Notes: generated by a model not told the origin, from the sequence alone. Positions 1 through 10,452 are shown, counted from the stretch's first letter. The stretch is DNA of 41,187 bases from Opitutaceae bacterium (GCA_031263125.1 JAISGL010000076.1:1-41187); one strand, 5' to 3'. Made by a program: numbers and translations.

Positions 1-1877
1 GCGAGATTGATTTTGCAGAGATTGTTGTTGTATGTGTCGGCAACCCAGAGCGCATCGCCGGACGGTGAAACGACGAGACCATAAGGATAATTGAAATAAT
101 ACGGTGCGGATTCGTCCTCGTCCTCTGCCTCAAAGACCTCGGGGTCGGGTGGCTGTGAAATGCCGCTGTCACGCAGACTGAGGGTGCCGCTTAAGGCACT
201 GGTGTCTGTGCCCGAAACAAGAGTGCCGCCACCAACATTTCCCAAAATGACGCCAGCAGTGCCGGTGCTGATAAAAGTGCCGCTACTAAAATAGCCCCTG
301 GACCAATCGCTGCCTGTCCAGGTGAGAATATTACTGCCGGTGAAAACGGTGCCGAGGTCTGTGCCCGAAACAAGAGTGCCGCCACCAACTTTTCCCAAAA
401 TGATGCCAGCAGTGCCGGTGCTGATAAAAGTGCCGCTACTAAAATAGCCACCGGACCAATCGCTGCCTGTCCAGATGAGAATATTACCGCCGGTGGCAAT
501 GGTGCCGAACAAGTTGCTGTCGCTAGAAATCATAGTGCCGGTGGCGACGTTGAAGATCAAGTTGCTACCGCTAAAAGTCATGTCCATGGTGTCGGCGTAT
601 CTAAATGCGTACATAGATGCGCTGCCACCCACTCCGCTGCCCCAATCATAGCGCGTGCCGGCCACGTGGCTGGTGACGCCGGCGGGGGTGATTTTGCGGA
701 TGATGGTGTTGCGGCCATCAGCGACGTAGAGGTTGCCGGCGGCATCGGCGGCAATCGCGGTCGGAGTGTCGAAGCGCGCTCCCGTGCCGGTGCCTTCTGC
801 GTAACCATATTCGTATTCGCCGGGCACGCCGGCGAGGGTGGAGACGACGCCGCTGGCGGTGTCGATCACGCGGATGGCGTGGTTGCGTGTGTCGGCCACG
901 TAGAGTTTGCCGCCGTGCAGCGTGATTCCGAACGGACTGTTGAAGCGCGCCGCCGTGCCCGTGCCGTCGAGCGTGCCCGGTTCGTGCGTGGCGCTGCCGG
1001 CGAGGAGGGAGATTTTGTTGCCGCCGGTGATTTTCCAGATGGCGTTGTCGTGGGTATCCGCAACGTAGAGATTGCCGGCGGTGTCGATGGCGAGCGAGGC
1101 CGGACTCGTGATGTGGGAGAGTTTGATTTCGGGGAGCGTGACGGTATTGCTGACGAGGACCACGGGATCGTCGTTGCGGAGGGTGGGGCCGACATCGGCG
1201 GTGACGCGGTATTGCCATCCGGCCATGCCGGTATTGAGGGGAAGATACAGCGGGTTTTCCGTGCCGCTTATGAGCGGGGTGGAATCGGCGTCCGTGAAGT
1301 CGGCGACGGCCTCCCAATTCCTGCCGCTGTCGGTAGAGACTTCCCATTTCCACGCGGTGACGTGGGAGTTGAAATCGCCAAGGGTCGTGCGATCACCGAC
1401 CCTGGCGGGCAACGTGAAGATTTGGTTTTCAAACAGGCAGGGCGCATTACGCGGCATGCGGATGGAGAGCGTGAGCGGGTAGTTATTGTCGTTCCAGATG
1501 GTGGTGCCACTGACGCTGGCGGCAGAGAACAAAGGGGCGGATGTCATGCTTTGTACCGAGATGGCACCCTGCCGCGATTTTGTGGTTGCGCCGAAATAAT
1601 TCGTGGCGGTGGGCAATGCCGTGCCGCTGTCCGCCAGAACCTCGGTGCCCGTGGCGACAAGTTCCTCTTGGATGCCGCCGCTGGTTTGGAGATCGACGGG
1701 CGTGGCGGTGAGCGCGTCGGTGTCATTCAGGCTCAAGGCCGGGAAATCCACCGGGGGTGCGGACGCCTCATCGGAGACGGGCTGGGCGTGAAGAGGAGCG
1801 GATGCCAGCGCGATGGCAAACGAGGCGGCGGTTGCGAGGGCGGCGGTTGCGAAGGCAGGGAGGCGAAGGGTTTTCAT
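1..1877 (-). CDS. Secreted NHL-repeat (beta-propeller)/Ig-like surface protein; 3' end lies outside the window
   Basis: Manual translation from ATG 1877 (MKTLRLPAFATAALATAASFAIALASAPLHAQ, signal peptide) stays open to base 1. Contains NHL motifs LAIDTAGNLYVADT, ARFNSPFGI, AADAAGNLYVADG. Paralogous to 1964-4111. Missing from the ORF track because there is no stop in the window. Confidence 0.85.
   Translation of the reverse strand, partial: MKTLRLPAFATAALATAASFAIALASAPLHAQPVSDEASAPPVDFPALSLNDTDALTATPVDLQTSGGIQEELVATGTEVLADSGTALPTATNYFGATTKSRQGAISVQSMTSAPLFSAASVSGTTIWNDNNYPLTLSIRMPRNAPCLFENQIFTLPARVGDRTTLGDFNSHVTAWKWEVSTDSGRNWEAVADFTDADSTPLISGTENPLYLPLNTGMAGWQYRVTADVGPTLRNDDPVVLVSNTVTLPEIKLSHITSPASLAIDTAGNLYVADTHDNAIWKITGGNKISLLAGSATHEPGTLDGTGTAARFNSPFGITLHGGKLYVADTRNHAIRVIDTASGVVSTLAGVPGEYEYGYAEGTGTGARFDTPTAIAADAAGNLYVADGRNTIIRKITPAGVTSHVAGTRYDWGSGVGGSASMYAFRYADTMDMTFSGSNLIFNVATGTMISSDSNLFGTIATGGNILIWTGSDWSGGYFSSGTFISTGTAGIILGKVGGGTLVSGTDLGTVFTGSNILTWTGSDWSRGYFSSGTFISTGTAGVILGNVGGGTLVSGTDTSALSGTLSLRDSGISQPPDPEVFEAEDEDESAPYYFNYPYGLVVSPSGDALWVADTYNNNLCKINL
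204..509. repeat. 153-bp (51-codon) near-identical tandem duplication inside the first NHL protein
   Basis: gtctgtgcccgaaacaagagtgccgcc starts at 204 and again at 357; the reading frame is preserved. Confidence 0.9.
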
Positions 1878-1963
1878 GAGTTCGTATGCGAATTTTTGTG
1901 CGCGATTTTCAGACGATTTTGCGATTGATGGATTGATAAAAAATGTTTGTGCAAATCTTCCGG

Positions 1964-4111
1964 TCAAGGGCGTTTGTTCCCGGTGGCGCGGCGCAGCGGG
2001 ATGAGCGCGAGCAGTGCGAGCCAATACCACGCCGTGGGCGCGCCACCGCCGCCGCCACCACCACCGGCGGCGCTGCTGTTGTTGTTGCCGCCGCTGGTGT
2101 TGGTATTGCCGTCGCCGGTGCCGGGTTGCGCACTGGGGGGTTGCAGCACCACGGCGTCCACGGTGGCGCTGGCGCCGGTCACGGTGATTTTGCGGAGGAG
2201 CGCGTTGCCCGTGTCGGCGACGTAGAGGTTGCCCGCGCTGTCGACCGCCACGTCCGAGGGCACGTCGAAGGCCGCGGCGTAACCCGCGCCGTTTATATAA
2301 TTGTAATCAAAACTGCCGGCCAGGATGGTCGCGTCTCCGTCCGTGTTGGTTTTTATAATAACGGCACTGCCGGCGTCCGTTATATAGAGGTTGTTGGAGG
2401 CGTCGAGCGCGAGTCCCTGGGGGTGGGTGAGCGTCGCGTCCGTGGTGCTTCCGTCGGTCCAATGCCCGCGCAATGACAGCGGCGTCACGATGCCCGTGGA
2501 GAGTGTGACGACGCAGATGGCGCCGTTGAGCGTGTCGGCGACATACAGGGTTTCCCCGTCCGGAGACAGCGCAAGGCCGGAGGGCGCGTTGAAATAATAA
2601 TCATTGTTCGGCGTGAGCGGGTCGTTGTCCGTGGGCGGTTCGTTGTTTGTGTCACCGCCGTAAACGAGGCCGCCACCGGTGTCGAGGTCCTCGAACACGT
2701 TGCCGGACAAAACCACGGTCGAGCCGCTGATGTGGAGAAATGTGCCGGAGAAAAAGCCGGACGAATCGACGGCCAGCAGTGAGGAATTAACGGCGCCGCC
2801 GCCCGCCGTGAGCACGGTCTGGGCGCTGGCAAACGGGGCGAGACCGCTGTCAGCAAGGCTTGTCGTGGTGATTTGCAATACGCCGCCGGTAAATATGCTC
2901 GTGCCGCTTGCGATAGTCAGCGTGCTGGACAGAGTAAGCAGCCTGGCGCCGGTTTTGGTAAGATTTCCGGCACTGCTCAAGGTGATCGCTCCGCTTGCAT
3001 TTCCCAGTGTGGCCTGGCTTCCGGCGATCCGGCTCGTGGTTCCGTCCGGGGCGACTTTGCGGATGCAGTTGTTGCCGGTGTCGGCGACGTAGACATTGCC
3101 GCGGGCGTCGATGGCGAGCGCGGTCGGGTTGTTGAAGCGGGCTTGTGCGCCGACGCCCTCTTGGTAATCGGCCAGGCCGGGCGTGTCGCCGGGCGCGCCG
3201 GCGAGGGTGCTGACGGCGCCGTCCGGGGCGATGACGCGGATGGTATGGTTGCCCGAGTCGGCGACGTAGAGCGTGCCCGAGGCGTGCCATGCGATGCCGG
3301 AGGGTTTGTTGAAGCGGGCGGCGGTGGCCGGCCCGTCGGCCTTGCCCCGCTGGCCCGTGGCGCTGCCCGCGAGGATGGAGGCTTGGTTGCCGGGCGTTAT
3401 TTTCCAGATCGCGTGCGAGATGGAATCGGCGACGTAGATGGTGCCTGCGTTGTCGATGGTGAGCGCGCTCGGAGCGACGAGGTAGGAGGGTTTGACGGTC
3501 AGCGGGATGGGTTCGCTCGTGGTGGTGGCGCCGGGTGGGAGAAAACTGGAACTAGAGGATTCTTCTATCGTGGCCGTGAGGCGATATTGCCAGTCGTTCA
3601 TTGCCGTGGTGAGAAGGCCCATGTCGAAATGGTTGGTGCAGATTTGGGACAAGATAGACAGGGAAGGCGACGTGCCTGTCGTATTCGAGGTGATGATGGC
3701 ATCGTTTAGTTTGTTCCAAGTTCTGCCGTTGTCTTTGGAAAGCTGCCATTGGAGGGATGCCGTGTAAGGAGGATAGCCGCCAATTAAGGATACGGCTACT
3801 CCGTGAGCCTCATATCCCAAATTCGTGGTAAACGAGAGCGTTTGATTTGCGAACAGAATTTCTTCGGCGGGCTGGCGATATATTTTGAGAACGAGCGAGG
3901 CGGGGGAGGTAGAGGAATGTACGATTCCATTGTAAGCGACTACACCTCCTTCAGTAAAAATCCGAGTATCCGGATAAGCGTAGGGTAACTTGATGACCGG
4001 CAAAGATGAAATGCGATTCGCATTTTGCCCGTCGAGTGGCGATGGCACGACGGCTGCGGCCAGCGCGCAAAAACAAAGGGCGGCAGAAACGACAGGGTGA
4101 CGGGTTTTCAT
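1964..4111 (-). CDS. Secreted NHL-repeat/Ig-like protein with C-terminal GlyGly-CTERM-like anchor
   Basis: 715 aa; signal peptide; repeated GNLYVADTGN / ARFNxPxG NHL motifs; C-terminus GGGGGGGAPTAWYWLALLALIPLRR (Gly run, TM helix, basic tail). Confidence 0.85.
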   Translation of the reverse strand: MKTRHPVVSAALCFCALAAAVVPSPLDGQNANRISSLPVIKLPYAYPDTRIFTEGGVVAYNGIVHSSTSPASLVLKIYRQPAEEILFANQTLSFTTNLGYEAHGVAVSLIGGYPPYTASLQWQLSKDNGRTWNKLNDAIITSNTTGTSPSLSILSQICTNHFDMGLLTTAMNDWQYRLTATIEESSSSSFLPPGATTTSEPIPLTVKPSYLVAPSALTIDNAGTIYVADSISHAIWKITPGNQASILAGSATGQRGKADGPATAARFNKPSGIAWHASGTLYVADSGNHTIRVIAPDGAVSTLAGAPGDTPGLADYQEGVGAQARFNNPTALAIDARGNVYVADTGNNCIRKVAPDGTTSRIAGSQATLGNASGAITLSSAGNLTKTGARLLTLSSTLTIASGTSIFTGGVLQITTTSLADSGLAPFASAQTVLTAGGGAVNSSLLAVDSSGFFSGTFLHISGSTVVLSGNVFEDLDTGGGLVYGGDTNNEPPTDNDPLTPNNDYYFNAPSGLALSPDGETLYVADTLNGAICVVTLSTGIVTPLSLRGHWTDGSTTDATLTHPQGLALDASNNLYITDAGSAVIIKTNTDGDATILAGSFDYNYINGAGYAAAFDVPSDVAVDSAGNLYVADTGNALLRKITVTGASATVDAVVLQPPSAQPGTGDGNTNTSGGNNNSSAAGGGGGGGGAPTAWYWLALLALIPLRRATGNKRP

Positions 4112-4274
4112 AATGGTCTGGAAAGTGTGGCTTGGGAAACGGATGACGGTCGGGAGTTGGACGCGGAATGATTGCTGGCCGGGCTGAGGCTAAGGTTGCG
4201 AAAAAAATATGAGAGTGAAGGGAGTGGTCAATGCGAAATGCGCGGTCAAATGCGCGATCAATTTGGCTTGAATT

Positions 4275-4505
4275 CTGATGTTACGCAGCCGGCCGTTCCT
4301 GGGAGCGCGGGCATCTCTGCCCGCGATGCGTATTCGAAATACAAGACGCGGGCGCACGGCTTTTCACGGGCAGAGATGCCCGCGCTCCCAGGAACGGCAT
4401 CCGCGCGGCATTCACTCAATCGCGGGTTTCGGGTTTGTTTAATGGAGGAAAAACGCATCTGCGTCTTTTGCATCCCTGTGAAACCCACCGGTCGCGTAAC
4501 ATCAG
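4275..4505. mobile_element. MITE-like element, 12-bp TIR CTGATGTTACGC, with internal REP-like inverted pair
   Basis: TIRs at 4275-4286 and 4494-4505; internal ~35-bp inverted repeat at 4292-4326 / 4364-4398. No clear TSD at this copy. Confidence 0.75.
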
Positions 4506-4581
4506 ATAATAATCACTATTGAGTGGCGCGAATGGCGGCGCCGATATGACGATCGGCGTTTTCTGGTGGATGTGGCGCGGT

Positions 4582-7122
4582 TTATGCGGAGGGGGCGGGC
4601 GCGGCGGGGGCGCTTGGCACGGCGGGTTGGGTGAAGGCGAGTTTTTCGCCGTCACGGGTGATTTCCACGGGGGCGCCGTCCTTGATGTCACCTCGGAGGA
4701 TCGCTTCGGCGAGCGGGTCTTCCAGGTAGTGCTCCACGGCGCGGCGGAGGGGGCGGGCACCGTACTTTTCGTCGTAGCCTTTGTCGATGAGGAGCGTTTT
4801 GGCTTCGGGGGTGAAGTTGAGCGTGATTTTGCGTTCAACGAGGCGTTTGGCAAATTTGGCGACTTCGATGTCCACGATTTTCGTGATGTCGGCTTTGTCG
4901 AGCGGGCGGAAGAAGACGATGTCCGAGACGCGGTTCAGGAACTCGGGGCGGAAAACGCGTTTCGCTTCCTCAAGGACTTTTTCGCGCATTTTTTCGTGGT
5001 CGGTGAAGCCGCTGGTGGCGGCGGCAAAGCCCATCGAGGTCTGGCGTTGCAGGAGCGCGGCGCCGACGTTCGAGGTCATGATGATGATGGTGTTCCGGAA
5101 ATCCACGGAGCGGCCCATCGCGTCGGTGAGGCGTCCGTCTTCGAGGATTTGGAGGAGGATTTGAAGGACGTCGGGGTGCGCTTTTTCCACTTCGTCGAAG
5201 AGGATGACGGCGTAGGGTTTGCGGCGGACGGCTTCGGTGAGCTGACCGCCTTCGTCGTAGCCGACGTAGCCGGGGGGCGAGCCGATGAGGCGCGAGACGG
5301 CGTGTTTTTCCATGTATTCGCTCATGTCGATCTGGACGAGGGCGTCCTGGTTGCCGAACATTTGGGCGGCGAGTTGTTTCGCGGTTTCGGTTTTGCCGAC
5401 GCCGGTGGGGCCGACGAACATGAAGCTGCCTATCGGGCGGCGGGGGTCCTTGAGGTCGGCGCGGGAGCGGCGGAGGGCGCGTGCGATGGCGCCGGCGGCG
5501 GCGTCCTGGCCGATGACGACTTTCTGGATTTCGGTTTCGAGGGTGAGGAGTTTTTCGCTGTCTTTTTTCTCCATGCGGGTGAGGGGGATGCCGGTCCAGT
5601 CGGCGACGACTTGCATCATGAGGTCTTCGTCGATGGGGACGCGTTTTTCTTCGCGTTTCTTTTTCCAGTTTTCGGTGATTTCCTCCTGTTTGGCGCGGAG
5701 TTGTTTTTCTTTGTCGCGGTATTTGGCGGCTTCCTCGAAATGTTGTTGCGCGATGGCGGATTCTTTTTGTTTGCAGGTTTCGCTGATTTCCTTGGTGAGG
5801 GCTTCGATGTCGGGCGGGCGGACGAGGTTGGCGATGCGGGCGCGCGAGCCGGCTTCGTCCATGACGTCGATGGCTTTGTCGGGGAGGAAGCGGCCGGTGA
5901 TGTAGCGGTCGGAGAGTTTGACGGCGGCTTCGAGGGCTTTGTCGGTGTAGGTGGCTTTGTGGTGGTCTTCGTATTTAACGCGGATGCCTTTGAGGATGGT
6001 GATGGTGTCTTCGATGGAGGGTGGCTCGACTTTCACGGATTGGAAGCGGCGGTCGAGGGCGCTGTCTTTTTCGATGTATTTGCGGTATTCGTTGAGGGTG
6101 GTGGCGCCGATGCATTGCAGCTCGCCGCGGGAGAGGGCGGGTTTGAAGATGTTGGAGGCGTCCATGGCGCCTTCGGCGGCGCCGGCTCCGACGATGGTGT
6201 GGAGTTCGTCGATGAAGAGGAGGATGTTTTTGGAGCGTTTGATTTCGTCCATCACGGCTTTGATGCGTTCTTCGAACTGGCCGCGGTATTTGGTGCCGGC
6301 GACCATGAGGGCGAGGTCGAGGGTGATGACTTTTTTGTCCATGAGGATTTCAGGGACAATGCTGTTGGCGATTTCGAGGGCGAGGCCTTCGACGATGGCG
6401 GTTTTGCCGACGCCGGCTTCGCCGATGAGGACGGGGTTGTTTTTTGTGCGGCGGCAGAGGATTTGGATGACGCGGCGGATTTCGGCTTTGCGGCCGACGA
6501 CGGGGTCGAGTTCGCCTTTGCGGGCGAGTTCGGTGAGGTCGCGTCCGAAGGCTTTGAGGGCGGGGGTTTTGATTTCTTTTTTGTCCTCGGAGGTTCCGGC
6601 GGGGCGTTGCGGGGAGCCTGCGCCGGCTGTTTCGGGGGCGCCGGTTTCGCCGGCGGAGGAGCCGGCGCCGCCGGTGTAATTGGGGTCGAGTTCGCGCAGG
6701 ATTTCGTTGCGGGTGCGTTCGATGTCGATGTCGAGCGATTTGAGGACGCGGGCGGCGACGCCTTCGCCTTCGCGGAGGAGGCCGAGGAGGAGGTGTTCGG
6801 TGCCGACGTAGGAGTGGTTGAGGGTCTTGGCTTCCTTGCCGGCGAGGGCGAGGACTTTTTTCACGCGGGGGGTGTAGGGGATGCTGCCGGCGCTTTTGCC
6901 GTCGGCGCCGACGCCGACTTGTTTTTCAACGGAGCCGCGGACGGTTTCGAGGTCGAGGCCCATTTTTTGGAGGACGCTGACGGCGACGCCCTGGCCGAGT
7001 TTGAGGAGGCCGAGGAGGAGGTGTTCGGTGCCTACGTAGTTGTGCTGGAATCGGTCCGCTTCTTTGCGCGCAAGCGCGAGGACTTGCGTGGCGCGGGGAG
7101 TGAAATTGCTCATGGGTTCCAT
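4582..7122 (-). CDS. clpC: ATP-dependent Clp protease ATP-binding subunit ClpC
   Basis: 846 aa; two Clp-N repeats ([13 protein letters not shown]); Walker A GEAGVGKT and [11 protein letters not shown] middle domain; [10 protein letters not shown] pore loop; GARPLRR. Confidence 0.97.
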   Translation of the reverse strand: MEPMSNFTPRATQVLALARKEADRFQHNYVGTEHLLLGLLKLGQGVAVSVLQKMGLDLETVRGSVEKQVGVGADGKSAGSIPYTPRVKKVLALAGKEAKTLNHSYVGTEHLLLGLLREGEGVAARVLKSLDIDIERTRNEILRELDPNYTGGAGSSAGETGAPETAGAGSPQRPAGTSEDKKEIKTPALKAFGRDLTELARKGELDPVVGRKAEIRRVIQILCRRTKNNPVLIGEAGVGKTAIVEGLALEIANSIVPEILMDKKVITLDLALMVAGTKYRGQFEERIKAVMDEIKRSKNILLFIDELHTIVGAGAAEGAMDASNIFKPALSRGELQCIGATTLNEYRKYIEKDSALDRRFQSVKVEPPSIEDTITILKGIRVKYEDHHKATYTDKALEAAVKLSDRYITGRFLPDKAIDVMDEAGSRARIANLVRPPDIEALTKEISETCKQKESAIAQQHFEEAAKYRDKEKQLRAKQEEITENWKKKREEKRVPIDEDLMMQVVADWTGIPLTRMEKKDSEKLLTLETEIQKVVIGQDAAAGAIARALRRSRADLKDPRRPIGSFMFVGPTGVGKTETAKQLAAQMFGNQDALVQIDMSEYMEKHAVSRLIGSPPGYVGYDEGGQLTEAVRRKPYAVILFDEVEKAHPDVLQILLQILEDGRLTDAMGRSVDFRNTIIIMTSNVGAALLQRQTSMGFAAATSGFTDHEKMREKVLEEAKRVFRPEFLNRVSDIVFFRPLDKADITKIVDIEVAKFAKRLVERKITLNFTPEAKTLLIDKGYDEKYGARPLRRAVEHYLEDPLAEAILRGDIKDGAPVEITRDGEKLAFTQPAVPSAPAAPAPSA

Positions 7123-7130
7123 TGGGAGAG

Positions 7131-7276
7131 AGTGTGTGCGTGTGGTGCGTGCGTGCGACTGTGCGGCGTGTGTGGCGTGGTGCGGTGTGCGTGGCGTGGT
7201 GCGGTGTGGTGCGTGGTGCGGTGTGGTGTGTCGATATAAGTCGAGTTAAGTCGATTTAAGTCGACGTAAATCGGGA
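7131..7276. repeat. GT-rich simple repeats plus four 10-bp phased units (tcgaNNtaag) between mcsB and clpC
   Basis: (tgtgg/tgcgg/cgtgg)n at 7131-7230; tcgatataag tcgagttaag tcgatttaag tcgacgtaaa at 7231-7270. Confidence 0.8.
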
Positions 7277-7288
7277 TGGGTGGAGTGG

Positions 7289-8545
7289 CTAATTTTGGGC
7301 GGGGGTGTCGCTGGCGGCGGGGGGCGGCTTGGCGGCGGGGGCGCCGGCGGCGGGTTGTTCGGCGGCGAGCACGGCGGCGGCGGCGGGCACGGCGAAATTG
7401 CATTTCGGGAATCCGGCGAATTCGGCGCGGATGTGCGCGGCGCGGAGTTCGTCGCGGACGGCGGGGCCAAGCTCCGGCGTGGAGGCCGTGTTTTGCACGT
7501 GTCCGGGCTGGGCTTCGATAAAGAGGCGGTCCACGAGCGGGCGTCTGGCGTCGGGGAACACGCCGAGGTCGATGCCGAGGCGCACGAGCGAGAGGAGGTT
7601 CATCGCCTCGCCGGAGGTGAGGAGGTGGGCGTTTTGGAGGATGCCGTAGGCGCGGCCGATTTTGTCGAAGAGTTTGGCGGCGTCGCTTTCGATGAGGCGG
7701 GCGCGGGCGTTGAGTTCGTGCTCGATGACGGCGGCGAGCACGGACGAGAGGCGTTTGATGATCTGGTCCTCGGACTCGCCGAGCGTGGTCTGGTTGGAGA
7801 TTTGGAAGATGGAGCCGGATGCTTCGGAGCCTTCGCCAAACTGGCCGCGGACGACGATGCCGAGTTGGTTGACGGCGCGGACGATTTTTTCCATGTAGCC
7901 CGAGAGGACGAGCGCGGGCAGGTGCATCATGGTGGAGGCGCGCATGCCGGTGCCGACGTTGGTGGGGCAGGCGGTGAGGTAGCCGAGCGTCGGGGAAAAG
8001 GCGTATTCGAGGGTGTCCTCGATGGCGGTGTCAAAGGCGTCGATGGCGGCCCAGGTTTTTTTGAGTTGGAAGCCGGGGCGGAGGAACTGGATGCGGAGGT
8101 GGTCCTCCTCGTTGATCATGACGGCGCAGGACTGGTCCTTGCTGATCATGACGGCGGCGCCGCCGGGCGAGGCGGAGAGTTCGCGCGAGATGAGGTGGCG
8201 TTCGACGAGGATTTGTTTCTGAAGGTCGCTGAGTTCGGAGACGGAAAGATCGTGGGCGGACTGCATCAGCGGGACGGCGCCGATGGTCTGGCGGCAGGCG
8301 GCAAGAATCCCGGCGCGCTGGCCGGCGCTGGCGCGGCCGGGGAAGCGGTGGCCGGCGAGATTGCGCGCGAGGCGGATGCGCGTCGTCATGACGATGGCGC
8401 ATTTGTTGGTGGCGGTGTCCGCGGGTTCGGAGGACGGGGAGATGAGCGCGTCAAACGTCAGCGATTTGTCGTTTGCGTCCGGTTTCCTGCCCTTAGTGCG
8501 TGGAGTCCTGTTTTCCGTGGGTTTGTTTGATTTGGGCGATTTCAT
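7289..8545 (-). CDS. mcsB: Protein arginine kinase McsB
   Basis: ATP:guanido phosphotransferase motifs TRIRLARN, MINEEDHLRIQ, GYLTACPTNVGTGMRAS, QISNQTTLG; lies between mcsA and clpC. Start uncertain (overlaps the mcsA end). Confidence 0.95.
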   Translation of the reverse strand: MKSPKSNKPTENRTPRTKGRKPDANDKSLTFDALISPSSEPADTATNKCAIVMTTRIRLARNLAGHRFPGRASAGQRAGILAACRQTIGAVPLMQSAHDLSVSELSDLQKQILVERHLISRELSASPGGAAVMISKDQSCAVMINEEDHLRIQFLRPGFQLKKTWAAIDAFDTAIEDTLEYAFSPTLGYLTACPTNVGTGMRASTMMHLPALVLSGYMEKIVRAVNQLGIVVRGQFGEGSEASGSIFQISNQTTLGESEDQIIKRLSSVLAAVIEHELNARARLIESDAAKLFDKIGRAYGILQNAHLLTSGEAMNLLSLVRLGIDLGVFPDARRPLVDRLFIEAQPGHVQNTASTPELGPAVRDELRAAHIRAEFAGFPKCNFAVPAAAAVLAAEQPAAGAPAAKPPPAASDTPAQN

Positions 8546-9026
8546 CGCGGTGGCGTGCGGCGTCCTCGTAGCGTTCTTCCTTGATGGCGCTGGCGAGTGC
8601 GAGTTCGAGTTGTGAGAGTCGGTCGTGGTATTCTTTGCGCGCGGCGGCGTGGCGGGGGACTTTGCCCGTGTGCGTGGTGCCTTTGTGCATGCCGTCGAGC
8701 ATGGGGGCGATCATGTGCTTGAAGGTTTCGTAACAGTGCGGGCAGCCGAAGCGGCCTGTTTTCTTGAAATCGGCCTGGGTGAAACCGCATTTTTCGCAGC
8801 GAAGCCCCGAGGCTGGTTCGGTTTCCAAGGTGGCCGCGACTTTGTCGCCGGCGATTTTTTTGACAATCAGGTCGAGCGGGAGGTCGAAACCGCCGGATGC
8901 GCCGATGCCCTTCTCCTGCGCGCACGCCTCGCAAAGGTCCAGCTTATGCACTTTGTTGTTAAGGATTTGAGTGAAGTGCACGGTGGCGGGTTTTCCGCAG
9001 ATGATACATTTGAGCTGATTGGCCAT
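8493..9026 (-). CDS. mcsA: McsA (CxxC-rich, UVR-domain activator of McsB)
   Basis: MANQLKCIIC...CEAC...CEKC...GRFGCPHCY...H.GK.P; C-terminal UVR motif AIKEERYEDAARHRDEI; ATG at 9026. Confidence 0.93.
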   Translation of the reverse strand: MANQLKCIICGKPATVHFTQILNNKVHKLDLCEACAQEKGIGASGGFDLPLDLIVKKIAGDKVAATLETEPASGLRCEKCGFTQADFKKTGRFGCPHCYETFKHMIAPMLDGMHKGTTHTGKVPRHAAARKEYHDRLSQLELALASAIKEERYEDAARHRDEIAQIKQTHGKQDSTH

Positions 9027-9140
9027 GTTTGAAATATAGCATGCCTGTCGATGGTATCGACAAGAAGGTTGCGAGAGTGTGCTGAATGTTGTGATGAATG
9101 CGATGAGAAAAGCTGCGCCCGGAAAAGCTGTGCGCGTGAT

Positions 9141-9200
9141 GTGAAGTGCTGCGAAGTGAAGCGCTGTGAAGTGAAGCACTGTGAAGCGCTGCGAAATGCT
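9141..9200. repeat. 10-bp tandem repeat (gtgaagYRct) x6 in the mcsA leader
   Basis: gtgaagtgct gcgaagtgaa gcgctgtgaa gtgaagcact gtgaagcgct gcgaaatgct. Confidence 0.7.
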
Positions 9201-9261
9201 GTGATGTTTTGTTGTTGTTTTGGTTTTTGCGGTTGGCTGGCGTTTTGCGGCGTTCGGGGAA

Positions 9262-9277
9262 TGCAGTCTTTATGCCA
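9262..9277 (-). promoter_or_regulatory. Putative sigma54 (-24/-12) promoter for mcsA-mcsB-clpC
   Basis: Minus strand reads TGGCATAAAGACTGCA: GG and GC at the exact TGGCACG-N4-TTGC spacing. Palindromic TGYGACA/TGTCGCA sites lie about 85-140 bp upstream. Confidence 0.55.
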
Positions 9278-9549
9278 CGGGCAATCTGGCAAGCCCGGTG
9301 CTTGGGTGAGCGCCTGGGTGAGTGCGGAAGGCGGAAAAAAAGCGCGACGATACCGCGCAATGCGACAGGGTTTGTGTGACAGGATGTCGCATGGCGTGGT
9401 GTCGCAGGATGCGACCTTGCATCGCGCCGCGAGTCGCTTTTCAAATTGCCCTTTATTAATTCTGAAAATTCCGTTCACGTTCAGTCTGTCCAAGTTCAGT
9501 CTGTCCAAAAAACAACAATCCCAACAATCCCGTCAATCCCGTCAGACCC

Positions 9550-10452
9550 ATGAAAAAACATCCGTTCAAACTGCTCGTCGCGACCCTGCTTTGCGGGGCC
9601 GCTTTCATCTCCGCCACCGCCAGGGCCGGCGCCGGCGCGCCGGAGACAAAAAACATCGGCTTGCAAATGTATTCCCTGCGCGGGGACATCGGCAAGGACG
9701 CCGCGAATGTGGACGCCATCATCGCCGCCATCGGAAAGATGGGCTACAAATACGTGGAAACCGCCAATTACGCCGATGGCAAAATCTATGGGATGGCGCC
9801 CGCTGAGTTTAAGGCGAAATTGCAGGCCGCCGGCCTGTTCGCGCTTTCCTGCCACGTCGGCAGAAGGCTCGCCAACGATGTCGCCGCCACCAACTGGGAC
9901 GAGATATGGGGCTGGTGGGACAAGTGCATCGCCGCCCACAAGGCCGCCGGCATGAAATACATCATCACCCCGTCGATGCCCCGCGCGCTGCCGCTGGCGG
10001 ACCTCCAGGCGTATTGCGATTATTACAACCAGATCGGCGAGCGTTGCAACCGCGCCGGCCTGAAATTCGGCTACCACAACCACGCCTACGAGTTTGAAAC
10101 CAAATACGACAGGCTGACCATGTATGAATACATGCTCCAGCACACCGACCCGGACAAAGTGTTTTTCGAGATGGATGTTTATTGGACGGTCATGGGCCGT
10201 CATTCGCCGGTCGATTTGTTCAAAAAATATCCCGGACGTTTTCTGGTTTTGCACATCAAGGACGACCGCGAACTGGGCGAGAGCGGCATGGTCGGTTTCG
10301 ACGCCATTTTCAAAAATATCGACGCCGCCGGGACAAAATACCTGATTGTCGAGGTGGAAAAATACAATCGTCCTTCCGCCGAGTCGGTCAAGGTGAGCCT
10401 GGACTACCTGAACGCGGCGCCTTTTGTCAAAAACGACTATTCCGGTCGGTAA
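9550..10452 (+). CDS. Secreted sugar phosphate isomerase/epimerase family (xylose isomerase-like TIM barrel)
   Basis: Signal peptide; IGLQMYSLR, YHNHAYEF, EMDVYW, LHIKD, IVEVE metal-binding motifs. Confidence 0.9.
   Translation: MKKHPFKLLVATLLCGAAFISATARAGAGAPETKNIGLQMYSLRGDIGKDAANVDAIIAAIGKMGYKYVETANYADGKIYGMAPAEFKAKLQAAGLFALSCHVGRRLANDVAATNWDEIWGWWDKCIAAHKAAGMKYIITPSMPRALPLADLQAYCDYYNQIGERCNRAGLKFGYHNHAYEFETKYDRLTMYEYMLQHTDPDKVFFEMDVYWTVMGRHSPVDLFKKYPGRFLVLHIKDDRELGESGMVGFDAIFKNIDAAGTKYLIVEVEKYNRPSAESVKVSLDYLNAAPFVKNDYSGR

Noticed and set aside
191..499. 102-aa duplicated hydrophobic ORF
   Set aside because: It is an alternative frame of the 153-bp duplication inside the NHL gene.
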